Below are positions 29,635 to 38,174 of a DNA stretch of 64,000 nucleotides, piece after piece. Positions within the stretch are counted from its first letter, which is position 1. Every line of letters begins with the position of its first letter. The notes below the pieces were generated by a model that was not told the DNA's origin, did not search any database, and was given only the letters and a program-made list of their open reading frames with translations. The stretch is from positions 1 through 64,000 of the forward strand of contig JABWCP010000002.1 of assembly GCA_013360215.1 (NCBI GenBank). The letters run 5' to 3'. The position numbers and the translations under genes were made by a program. Source of the stretch: a bacterium (GTDB lineage Bacteria > CLD3 > SB21).

Positions 29635-29665
29635 TTGATTGAATAGAGTTTTTGCTTTATCTTGC
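29635..29665 (+). promoter_or_regulatory. Putative promoter of the HNH gene
   Basis: TTGATT-17 nt-TATCTT(GC). Confidence 0.55.
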
Positions 29666-29719
29666 GCGGTTGTTAAGGTCATGTATTAAACCGGCTTCGA
29701 AAGTGAGTGTGGTGAAGGT

Positions 29720-30229
29720 ATGGCACTTAATGGACACGTTTTGGTGCTCAATCAGAATTATGAGCCGATGACGATATGTCATGTGAAAAAGGCGTTTGTT
29801 CTGGTTTTTTTGGGCAAGGCGGAGATCATCGAAATTGCCGAAGGGCGAAGTATTCGTTCGGTTTCGCACGAGTACCCGTTCCCGAGCATCGTACGACTGA
29901 TGAGTTTCGTTTACAAAAAACGTAAAGGCATAATGTTGTCCCGAAAAAATATTTTGAAACGGGATAATTACCAGTGCCAATACTGCGGAACACGTACCGA
30001 CGCGATGACGGTAGATCATATTTTACCGAAAGTGCGCGGCGGCAAAGATGCGTGGGAAAATCTGGTCACCGCGTGTATCACGTGCAATAATAAGAAAGGG
30101 GATCGCACCCCGGACGAAGCGCGGATGGTGCTGATGACAACACCCCGCAGGCCGCACCCGCTCAGTTTTATCCAAGGGCATGCGAGCGGCCACTATGATA
30201 ACTGGAAACAATATCTTTTTATGTCATGA
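29720..30229 (+). CDS. HNH endonuclease (McrA-like, stand-alone)
   Basis: VLVLNQNYEP N-terminus; RDNYQCQYCG, TVDHILPK.RGG, WENLVTACITCNNKKG. Confidence 0.9.
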   Translation: MALNGHVLVLNQNYEPMTICHVKKAFVLVFLGKAEIIEIAEGRSIRSVSHEYPFPSIVRLMSFVYKKRKGIMLSRKNILKRDNYQCQYCGTRTDAMTVDHILPKVRGGKDAWENLVTACITCNNKKGDRTPDEARMVLMTTPRRPHPLSFIQGHASGHYDNWKQYLFMS

Positions 30230-30313
30230 TGCGCTTGTTATCACACATTACACAGGCGCGGCGACAGTGTAACCGGCTTCGAAAGCCGATTTCTCAAACG
30301 GACGAAAGGTTGT

Positions 30314-31327
30314 ATGCCGAGAATTTTCAGCGGAATGCGCCCGACAGGGAAATTGCATCTGGGACATTTGGTCGGAGCATTGGAAAATTGGGTCAAATTT
30401 CAGGACTCGTATCAAACCGTTTACGGCATTGTTGATTGGCATGCACTGACGACCGGCTACAAAGACACCGCTTCACTTCGAAACTACATACTCGAAACGG
30501 CTATTGATTGGATTTCCGCCGGTATCGATCCGCAAAAAAGTATTATCATGCAACAGTCCCGCGTCAAAGAACACGCGGAGCTGCATTTGCTTTTTTCGAT
30601 GATCACACCAACGCCTTGGTTGATCCGCAATCCCGCTGTCAAAGAACAAGCGCGCGATATGGGACTTATCGAAACGACGCAAGACGAACAAATGATGCGC
30701 ATTGATTTCGGCCATCTCGGGTATCCTGTTTTGCAAACTGCGGATATATTGGTATATCAAGCGGATACCGTACCCGTCGGTGAGGATCAGGTACCGCATA
30801 TCGAACTATGTCGTGAAATCGCACGCCGCTTCAATTTTTTATACAGCGCATCCGGTTTTCAGTTCCCGGAGCCCCAACACAAGTTGACGGTCACACCGCG
30901 GCTTCCGGGTATTGACGGTAACGCCAAAATGAGCAAAAGCCTCGGAAATTGTATTTATCTTTCTGATGATGACGCAACAATCGAATCGCAGGTGCGAAAA
31001 ATGGTCACCGATCCTCAAAAGCTGCGTAAAAATGATCCCGGCCGTCCGGAAGTTTGTTCGGTTTATAGCTATCACAAAGTGTTTAATACCGACGAAACGC
31101 AGGGCATTGCATTGGGATGTACAACCGGCGAATTGGGATGCGTCGCATGCAAAAAAAATCTTGGACAAAAACTATCTCAACGTTTAGAACCTATGCGCCA
31201 AAAACGCGCCGAATTGGTATCGGATCTCCATGCGGTCGAAAAAATAATATCCGAGGGCTCCGACAAAGCCCGTGCTATCGCGTCCGATACGATGGTTTCG
31301 GTTCGCCGAGCTATGAAACTTGATTAA
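30314..31327 (+). CDS. trpS: Tryptophanyl-tRNA synthetase
   Basis: SGMRPTGKLHLGH, YPVLQTADIL, VPVGEDQ, KMSKS. Confidence 0.97.
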   Translation: MPRIFSGMRPTGKLHLGHLVGALENWVKFQDSYQTVYGIVDWHALTTGYKDTASLRNYILETAIDWISAGIDPQKSIIMQQSRVKEHAELHLLFSMITPTPWLIRNPAVKEQARDMGLIETTQDEQMMRIDFGHLGYPVLQTADILVYQADTVPVGEDQVPHIELCREIARRFNFLYSASGFQFPEPQHKLTVTPRLPGIDGNAKMSKSLGNCIYLSDDDATIESQVRKMVTDPQKLRKNDPGRPEVCSVYSYHKVFNTDETQGIALGCTTGELGCVACKKNLGQKLSQRLEPMRQKRAELVSDLHAVEKIISEGSDKARAIASDTMVSVRRAMKLD

Positions 31328-31346
31328 CGCACGAAAGGAAAAAACT

Positions 31347-32786
31347 ATGCGTTACGTTTTGTTTTGGATACTCAGCATAAGTACACTGTGTGCGCAGGAT
31401 CAGATCCAACCGTACAAAGATTACGACAACGATTGGCTTTCACCGCAGTTTCACAAAGGACGTCGCGAGGCGTTGGCTCAGAAAATGAAACCCCACAGCA
31501 TCGCCGTGCTTTTTTCGTCGGAAGAACGCCTTCGCAGCAACGATACGTATTATCAATATAAACCCGAGAGCAATTTCTATTATCTGACCGGTTTCCGTGA
31601 ACCCAATGCGGCATTGATTTATTTGCCGGAGGGTTGGGTTGTCGGCGGAAAAACATATTCGACGGTTATGTTTGTGCCCAAACGAGATTACCGCTATGAA
31701 GTATATAACGGACGTCGCATGGGTACCGACGGCACACAGAAAATTCTCGGCATTGATACGGCGTTTACCAATGATGAATTCAGCACGCAGTTAAACAAAA
31801 TTTTACTCCAACAGCAGACTGCTTCGAAATTGGAAAATGTGTATTGTTTTAATTTACGTGAGCAATATGACACTAAGACGCTGCGTAACATGACGACGGC
31901 GTTTACGGATTTTCGTAATAATCCCCGAAGCCTTTTGGGATATATGAATTCGGCGGATTTTATCAATGTGGAACCGTTGATCGGCGAACTGCGTGCCGTA
32001 AAAACAGAAGAAGAAATCGTCTTACTTAAAAAATCCATTGAGATAACCAACGACGCCCATTTGCAAATGATGAAAAGCTGCGAACCGGGGCAAAAAGAGT
32101 TTGAAATCAAGGCGGTCGGTGAATATGTCTTTACGCGCCTGGGTGCGGAATACGAAGGTTATGGTAGTATCTGCGGTTCGGCCGAAAACAGTATTATTCT
32201 TCACTATACGACCGATCGTCGTCAAATGAAAGATGGTGACGTATTGCTCGTAGATATGGCCTCCGAATACCACGGTTATTCCGCCGATGTGACGCGTTCG
32301 TATCCGGTCAACGGCAAATTTACCAAAGAACAAGCCATCATTTACAATATCGTGCTCAAAGCTCAACAAGCCGGTATTGACCGCATTAAACCGAATGTAC
32401 CTTACCGTGAAGTAGCGGATGCCATTACCAAAACATTGGAAGATGGTCTTTTGGAAATCGGGTTGATTCAGGATCGCAAAGATGCAAAAAAATATACCGT
32501 GCACGGCTATATGCATTCGATCGGACTGGACGTACACGATCCGCAGTCGTATGACAGGCCGTTCGTTCCGGGTTTTTTTACGACGGTAGAACCGGGTATT
32601 TATATCCCTGAAAATGCACCGTGCGATAAAAAATGGTGGAATATCGGTATTCGCATCGAAGATGATATTTTGGTCACCGAAAGCGGCAATATCAATCTGT
32701 CTGAGCGTGTACCCCGCAAAATAGAAGACATCGAAAAACTTATGAAGAAAAAGGGTGTTGGTAATGTACCGTTGGATAATAATTGA
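31347..32786 (+). CDS. pepP: Xaa-Pro aminopeptidase (M24B) with signal peptide
   Basis: NFYYLTGF.EP, LHY, DMASEYHGYSADVTR, H.IGLDVHD, TVEPG, RIEDD; signal peptide from ATG 31347. Confidence 0.9.
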   Translation: MRYVLFWILSISTLCAQDQIQPYKDYDNDWLSPQFHKGRREALAQKMKPHSIAVLFSSEERLRSNDTYYQYKPESNFYYLTGFREPNAALIYLPEGWVVGGKTYSTVMFVPKRDYRYEVYNGRRMGTDGTQKILGIDTAFTNDEFSTQLNKILLQQQTASKLENVYCFNLREQYDTKTLRNMTTAFTDFRNNPRSLLGYMNSADFINVEPLIGELRAVKTEEEIVLLKKSIEITNDAHLQMMKSCEPGQKEFEIKAVGEYVFTRLGAEYEGYGSICGSAENSIILHYTTDRRQMKDGDVLLVDMASEYHGYSADVTRSYPVNGKFTKEQAIIYNIVLKAQQAGIDRIKPNVPYREVADAITKTLEDGLLEIGLIQDRKDAKKYTVHGYMHSIGLDVHDPQSYDRPFVPGFFTTVEPGIYIPENAPCDKKWWNIGIRIEDDILVTESGNINLSERVPRKIEDIEKLMKKKGVGNVPLDNN

Positions 32787-32795
32787 GGGCGCATC

Positions 32796-35069
32796 GTGTA
32801 TCGTGTAAAGTTAGAACAATTTGAAGGCCCTTTGGATTTATTGTTATTCTTCGTTCGTAAGGACGAACTGAATATATACGATATTCCTATCGCATACATC
32901 ACCAAGCAGTATCTCGAATACCTGCATTTGATGCGTACGCTCAATCTGGACATTGCGGGTGAGTTTATTCTGATGGCCGCTACGTTGATGCGTATCAAGG
33001 CCAAAATGATGTTACCACCGGATCCGACGACCGAAGAAGAAGAGGAACTGATCGATCCGCGCCAGGAATTATCACGCCGGCTTGTCGAATACCGCCAGTT
33101 TAAAGAAGCTTCCAAATCATTGGCCGAGCTGGATGAGTATTGGCGCTCCGTATATCGCCGGAGCTATTTCAATTTTGATCTGATCCCTCAGCAAACCGAA
33201 GAAGCTGTTGGTTTAAAAGATATCTCCTTTTTTGATCTTTTGACGGCTTATAAAAATGCAATGGCCAAAAAGCCGGCTGTCATTTATCACAACGTGGAAC
33301 GTCTCAATGTTACGGTCGAAGAACAGCAGGAATACATCATGGATTTTTTCCGTGATCGCAATATGTACACGTTTCTGGAACTCGTCGAGGATATGAGCAA
33401 GATTGAGGTGGTAGTTACATTTTTAGCCTTGCTGGATCTCGTTAAAAAAGGAGAAATCGCAGCACGCCAAACCACCCTTTTTGATGATATATGGATTTAC
33501 AAAGCGTCCGCATATACGGATGAAATTCCCGATGAGTTACGCGCCGACGAATCCGAAACGAAACAGCCGATACCTTTAAACGAAGAAACTGTTCTCACAC
33601 CGTCCGATGCGGCTGTGTTGAATGAAGTTTCATCTGACGATACAACGTTTGCGGTGAATGAATCCGAAGATACGGCTTTGGATTCGTCATTAACTGAGGC
33701 CGCCACATCGCCCGATAGCGAATTAGCAAACGACCGCATTGATATGGCGCAAACGGATGACCCGGTGCAAGAAGTCGAACAAGCCACAGTTGATATGAAT
33801 ATTGAGGGTGTTACCGATGAAGCGAAAACCGATGCGGAAACGGTTGGATTGAATGAAGAAATTATAAATAACGAAGCCTTCGTTGCGATTCCCCAAGTCG
33901 AAGAACAACCGCAAACGGAATATACAGATACTTCTGAGGCGTTTGCTGATTCCGAAAATGATGAAATTATAGACGCAACAGCCGAAGAAAATTTAAATTC
34001 ACTTTCAAATGAAAACATTCATTCAGTTGAAAAAACTCAATCGAATTTGTCTTCAGATGAAACAATATCTGTATCGGTGAATGAATCAACGGAAGCTGAT
34101 TTTTATACCCAAGTACCATCGGAAAATATTTCTTCCGCACAAAATCAGTCTGAAATAAGCCATGTTAAAACGGAAAATATTGATTCACACGGTGACGAGT
34201 TTTCAAACGAAGAAACGGAATCATTGGATCGTACAATAGTAAATGCAGCCGATGATACGATCGCAACGGATTTAACCGCCTCAATAACCGAAGTGACTGT
34301 TGATGAAAATGTAACCGATGATGCCGTTTTTTTAGCAACCACGACAGAAGACCAAACGATAACAGAGCCCGTTCCCGTCGAGCGTATCAGAACAGTAATC
34401 GCCGAATCGCAAGTCAATGTAAATAATTCTGATGCCGAATCGGTGGATACAATCACGGATAATGCGGCTCTATCAGACACTGAAGATAAAGTGATTGCGC
34501 CAACGAATGAGCTGATCGTTGCGACGGCTGAAACAAATGCAGACGATGTTGATCAAACACCATCGCAGGTTAGTTCAAACGAAATCGGCAATAATAGTAA
34601 AACAGATCAAACTGAATCAGATACGATAATACCAGTCGGGGAAGATGAACCCGCATTAATTCGCGCAAACGATGTTTCGACGACGGATATTCAAGCTATT
34701 CACGAAAATGAATTAACCTCCGAGGATGTGATTGAACGTGCTGCGTCGGAACCATCACAGAACACCGATCCTGTTCATATCATTGAGGCGATTCACAATC
34801 AAAACTATGAAACGATTCAACCGGATTTAGTAAAACCGCTCGTTTCACAAGACGAACCAAGAACTGATGGCGCGTCTGTTGTCTCAGCTAAAATGGAAGA
34901 TGATGCAAGCAAACCCTTGACTGAACAGCATGAAACCGCCGATGCGACTCTTAGCCGCACCGTAACAAACGGAGAAAAACCATCGCTTGATGAAATGGAA
35001 AAACCGTCTATTATAACGGTATTTGTTCGGAAAATAGTATCTTTTGTCAAACGTTTTTTTGGAAAATGA
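32796..35069 (+). CDS. scpA: Segregation and condensation protein A (kleisin) with ~520-aa acidic C-terminal extension
   Basis: FEGPLDLLL, IYDIPI..IT.QY, EFILMAATL..IKAKMMLP, DPRQEL, VVTFLALLDL...Q...FDDIWI; then a long D/E/T/S tail; followed by scpB. Confidence 0.93.
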   Translation: MYRVKLEQFEGPLDLLLFFVRKDELNIYDIPIAYITKQYLEYLHLMRTLNLDIAGEFILMAATLMRIKAKMMLPPDPTTEEEEELIDPRQELSRRLVEYRQFKEASKSLAELDEYWRSVYRRSYFNFDLIPQQTEEAVGLKDISFFDLLTAYKNAMAKKPAVIYHNVERLNVTVEEQQEYIMDFFRDRNMYTFLELVEDMSKIEVVVTFLALLDLVKKGEIAARQTTLFDDIWIYKASAYTDEIPDELRADESETKQPIPLNEETVLTPSDAAVLNEVSSDDTTFAVNESEDTALDSSLTEAATSPDSELANDRIDMAQTDDPVQEVEQATVDMNIEGVTDEAKTDAETVGLNEEIINNEAFVAIPQVEEQPQTEYTDTSEAFADSENDEIIDATAEENLNSLSNENIHSVEKTQSNLSSDETISVSVNESTEADFYTQVPSENISSAQNQSEISHVKTENIDSHGDEFSNEETESLDRTIVNAADDTIATDLTASITEVTVDENVTDDAVFLATTTEDQTITEPVPVERIRTVIAESQVNVNNSDAESVDTITDNAALSDTEDKVIAPTNELIVATAETNADDVDQTPSQVSSNEIGNNSKTDQTESDTIIPVGEDEPALIRANDVSTTDIQAIHENELTSEDVIERAASEPSQNTDPVHIIEAIHNQNYETIQPDLVKPLVSQDEPRTDGASVVSAKMEDDASKPLTEQHETADATLSRTVTNGEKPSLDEMEKPSIITVFVRKIVSFVKRFFGK

Positions 35070-35094
35070 TAGATGATAGGTTATTAAAAAGATT

Positions 35095-35898
35095 ATGGAA
35101 GAACAGAATCAAAACGAATCCAACTTGGAACCCACGGAAGTACAGATTGATACCGAGACATCGGAGGTCCCTGCGGATCCGCGTATTGTGGACGGATTGC
35201 CGCTTCAAAATGTAGTTGAGTCCATTATTTTTGCATCGACGGAACCTTTGCCGATGGATCGTCTTTTGGAGTGTATTCAAAAAGATTACGTTCAGGCTTC
35301 GTTAGTTCGACAAGTGATAGATGAGATCAATAAACATTATCAGGCCAACAATTTACCGTTGCGAATTATCAAAATCGCCGGCGGTTATCAATACGCCACC
35401 CATCCGCAGTATGACAAATGGGTTAGTCGACTTTTCAAATCAAAAGCGGAAAAAAAATTATCCCAATCTTCGCTCGAAGTGCTGGCAATTGTGGCGTATC
35501 GCCAACCAATTTCACGTGCGGAGATTGAACGTATCCGAGGGGTAAACGCCGATTGGACATTGCGTTCACTGATGGAAAAAAATTTAATCACGGTGGTGGG
35601 TCGTGAAGATGCACCGGGAAAACCTTTACTTTTCGGCACGACCAAGCCGTTCTTGGAGCATTTCGGTTTGGATGCCATCAATGAACTTCCCAAACTCAAA
35701 GAGATCGAAGACATCATCAAAGAAGATAAAGAGTTTGCCGAGACGCTGGAATTTGATTTTGCCGATAAAAAAGCGGCGGAAGCGGCGGCTAAAACGGCTG
35801 ACGAAACAGCGAAGAACGAAGGGCTGTCTCAAGAATTCGCTGAAATCGATACGATGCTTAAAGAAAATAATTTTAATCCCGAAGATCATTTGAAGTGA
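35095..35898 (+). CDS. scpB: SMC-Scp complex subunit ScpB
   Basis: ESIIFAS.EPL, AGGYQ, LSQSSLEVLAIVAYRQPISRAEIERIRGV, GKPLLFGTT..FL.HFGL. Confidence 0.96.
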   Translation: MEEQNQNESNLEPTEVQIDTETSEVPADPRIVDGLPLQNVVESIIFASTEPLPMDRLLECIQKDYVQASLVRQVIDEINKHYQANNLPLRIIKIAGGYQYATHPQYDKWVSRLFKSKAEKKLSQSSLEVLAIVAYRQPISRAEIERIRGVNADWTLRSLMEKNLITVVGREDAPGKPLLFGTTKPFLEHFGLDAINELPKLKEIEDIIKEDKEFAETLEFDFADKKAAEAAAKTADETAKNEGLSQEFAEIDTMLKENNFNPEDHLK

Positions 35899-35904
35899 GA
35901 GGCG

Positions 35905-36738
35905 ATGAATTTTGATTATTTAAATGACCAGGCTTGGATCGTCAATCAGGACATCCCATGGAAGCATTTGTCTAAAGATCTTTCCGAAGTGCGCATTGCG
36001 ATTATCACTACGGCGGGACTTTATATGTGGAAAACGCAAAAACCGTTTTCTTTTGAAGATGAGATACCGGATGTCTCATTTCGTGAAATTCCCAATTCCG
36101 TTACCCAGGAAACTGTTCGAGTGTCCCATCGTTACATGGATCTATTCGGGTCGGCCGGGGTGGATATCAATAGCGTGTTTCCTATCCATCGTTTACAAGA
36201 GATGGTATCCGAAAAACGTATCGGCGGTCTAGCGGAAACCCACTACAGCGTGATGGGCGAAGTCAGAGATCCGCGGTTGTTTATTGAAGATTGTATGCCC
36301 AAAATACTGAAATTACTCCAAAAACAATTGGTGGATGTTGTTTTGGTAACGCCGGGAGGCCCTTTGGGGCATCAAACAGCGGGGATGATCGCACGATTTC
36401 TGGAGGAAAACGATATTACGACGATAACTATCGGCGCGGTAAAAGCCATCGCGCAAAACGTTAAGTCGCCGCGTACATTACTGGTGCGTTATCCTTTCGG
36501 TATGTATTTCGGTGCGCCATTTGATGCCGATAATCAAAAAGAAATAGTCAACGAGTGCCTGGTCCATCTCAAAGCAATTCGCGAACCCGGTGAGGTGTCT
36601 GAACTGAGTGTACGGTGGCAGGATACGTTTAAAACAGCTTTGCAGATCAAACCGGAGTTACCGACGCTGATGGACACCGGCGCCATCATCGCGGAACCCG
36701 TGATCGAGAAGAAAAAAATTGCAGCGGACGAATTTTAA
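35905..36738 (+). CDS. GrdB/PrdB (reductase selenoprotein B)-like protein lacking the Sec/Cys motif
   Basis: PW..L.K.LSE.RIAIITTAGL, D.SFREIP, DINSVFPI.RL.E, HYS.MG, VDVVLVTPGGPLGHQTAG..AR.LE...I.T, PR...V.YPFG...G.P. Confidence 0.8.
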   Translation: MNFDYLNDQAWIVNQDIPWKHLSKDLSEVRIAIITTAGLYMWKTQKPFSFEDEIPDVSFREIPNSVTQETVRVSHRYMDLFGSAGVDINSVFPIHRLQEMVSEKRIGGLAETHYSVMGEVRDPRLFIEDCMPKILKLLQKQLVDVVLVTPGGPLGHQTAGMIARFLEENDITTITIGAVKAIAQNVKSPRTLLVRYPFGMYFGAPFDADNQKEIVNECLVHLKAIREPGEVSELSVRWQDTFKTALQIKPELPTLMDTGAIIAEPVIEKKKIAADEF

Positions 36739-36741
36739 ATT

Positions 36742-37455
36742 ATGATGCGACTTAATAAATTTATGGCTACGGCGGGGGTCGCCAGTCGCCGCAGTTGTGA
36801 CGAAATCATCGGCGAAGGGCGTGTTACTGTCAACGGACAAGCTGTTACGGATTTATCTTATCAGGTGGATGAGGCGTTAGATCGTGTCGAAGTGGACGGT
36901 CAACTTCTTTCGATCAAAGAAAAAGATGTGTACATTATCCTGCACAAACCGCTGCGGTATGTAACCACCGTCAAAGATGAGCGGGGCCGTGATTCGGTCG
37001 TGGATCTAGTCAAAATTACGGAACGTGTGTATCCCGTCGGCCGACTTGATTTCGATACGACCGGACTTCTGCTATTGACCAACGACGGTGAATTGGCTTT
37101 TCGTCTGGCCCATCCCAAGTTTGGCATTGAAAAAACATACATCGCTTTGCTCAATAAAAAAATCGGCGAATCGGAGTTGCAGCAATTGCGCCGGGGCGTC
37201 GTGCTGATTGACGGTAAAACAGCACCGTGTAAAGCCGAAAAATTGGGAAAAGAGCTTGTCAAAATTACCATCCACGAGGGTAAAAACAAACAAGTCAAGC
37301 GCATGTTTCGTAAACTGGGCTATAAAGTGAGGGAGCTGCACCGCTCGCAGTACGGTCCTATACAGCTGGGTAAACTCAAATACGGACAGTGGCGTAATCT
37401 CAAACCGGCTGAGGTGTTGGCGTTAAAAAAGGCCACGGGTTTGATAAAAAAATAG
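36742..37455 (+). CDS. rluB: rRNA pseudouridine synthase (RluB/RsuA family, S4 domain)
   Basis: RLNKFMA..GVASRR, PVGRLD.DTTGLLLLTNDG, EGKNKQVKRMF; usual position after scpB. Confidence 0.9.
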   Translation: MMRLNKFMATAGVASRRSCDEIIGEGRVTVNGQAVTDLSYQVDEALDRVEVDGQLLSIKEKDVYIILHKPLRYVTTVKDERGRDSVVDLVKITERVYPVGRLDFDTTGLLLLTNDGELAFRLAHPKFGIEKTYIALLNKKIGESELQQLRRGVVLIDGKTAPCKAEKLGKELVKITIHEGKNKQVKRMFRKLGYKVRELHRSQYGPIQLGKLKYGQWRNLKPAEVLALKKATGLIKK

Positions 37456-37465
37456 TCATAGTGAA

Positions 37466-38140
37466 GTGAAAAAATTACTGATCACATTAGACGGTCCCGC
37501 GGGAAGCGGAAAAAGCACGACCGCTAAATTATTAGCTAAGCGGCTTGGTTATTGTTATCTTGATACCGGCGCTATGTACCGAGCGATAACATTGCAAGCC
37601 ATACATCACGGTATTTTTCCGACCGATCCTGAAAAAATCATTACGATGTTGCCGGACATCACACTGCATATTGATTACAAAGACGGACGCCAGCAAACCT
37701 TTCTCAATGGTTGGGATGTGTCCGAAGGTATCCGATCACCCGAAGTAACACGCCATGTCAGCGCCGTTTCGGCGATAGCCGAGGTACGAACTTTTTTGCG
37801 GCAACAACAGCAACATATCGGTAACCAGGGCGGTTACGTCGTAGATGGGCGTGACATCGGAACGGTGGTTTTTCCCAATGCGGATATCAAATTTTATATG
37901 ACGGCCAAAGTCGAAGAACGCGCACGCCGACGTTTGAAAGAAATGGCGGATACCGATGAATGGGATTTGCCCAAAATGATCGAAGATATACAAAAACGCG
38001 ATCACGCCGATATGACTCGCGCCGAAGCGCCTTTGCGGCAACCTCCCGACGCGATCGTAATAGACAATTCACTCATGACCTTGGATGAACAAATACAGGC
38101 CATCATCGCACATATCGAAAACCGATTTGGTAAGCAATAA
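37466..38140 (+). CDS. cmk: Cytidylate kinase
   Basis: DGPAGSGKST, LDTGAMYRA, DGRDIGTVVFP. Confidence 0.96.
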   Translation: MKKLLITLDGPAGSGKSTTAKLLAKRLGYCYLDTGAMYRAITLQAIHHGIFPTDPEKIITMLPDITLHIDYKDGRQQTFLNGWDVSEGIRSPEVTRHVSAVSAIAEVRTFLRQQQQHIGNQGGYVVDGRDIGTVVFPNADIKFYMTAKVEERARRRLKEMADTDEWDLPKMIEDIQKRDHADMTRAEAPLRQPPDAIVIDNSLMTLDEQIQAIIAHIENRFGKQ

Positions 38141-38174
38141 TTCTGATTTTTTTTGAATTTATTCTAATGAGCCT

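Noticed and set aside
29129-29682. Minus-strand ORFs 29129-29338 and 29305-29682
   Set aside because: Shadow ORFs antisense to rnpB with no protein-like features.
29176-30229. RNA-guided system (HEARO or OMEGA/IscB-like ncRNA plus HNH)
   Set aside because: The structured RNA carries the universal RNase P motifs, and the HNH protein lacks RuvC and PLMP features.
33497-35050. Antisense ORFs within the ScpA tail (33497-34018, 34145-34480, 34817-35050)
   Set aside because: Ser/Val/Phe-rich mirror of the acidic sense codons; no independent coding signal.
35905-36738. Selenoprotein with UGA read-through
   Set aside because: No in-frame TGA; the ORF is continuous with Gly codons at the motif.
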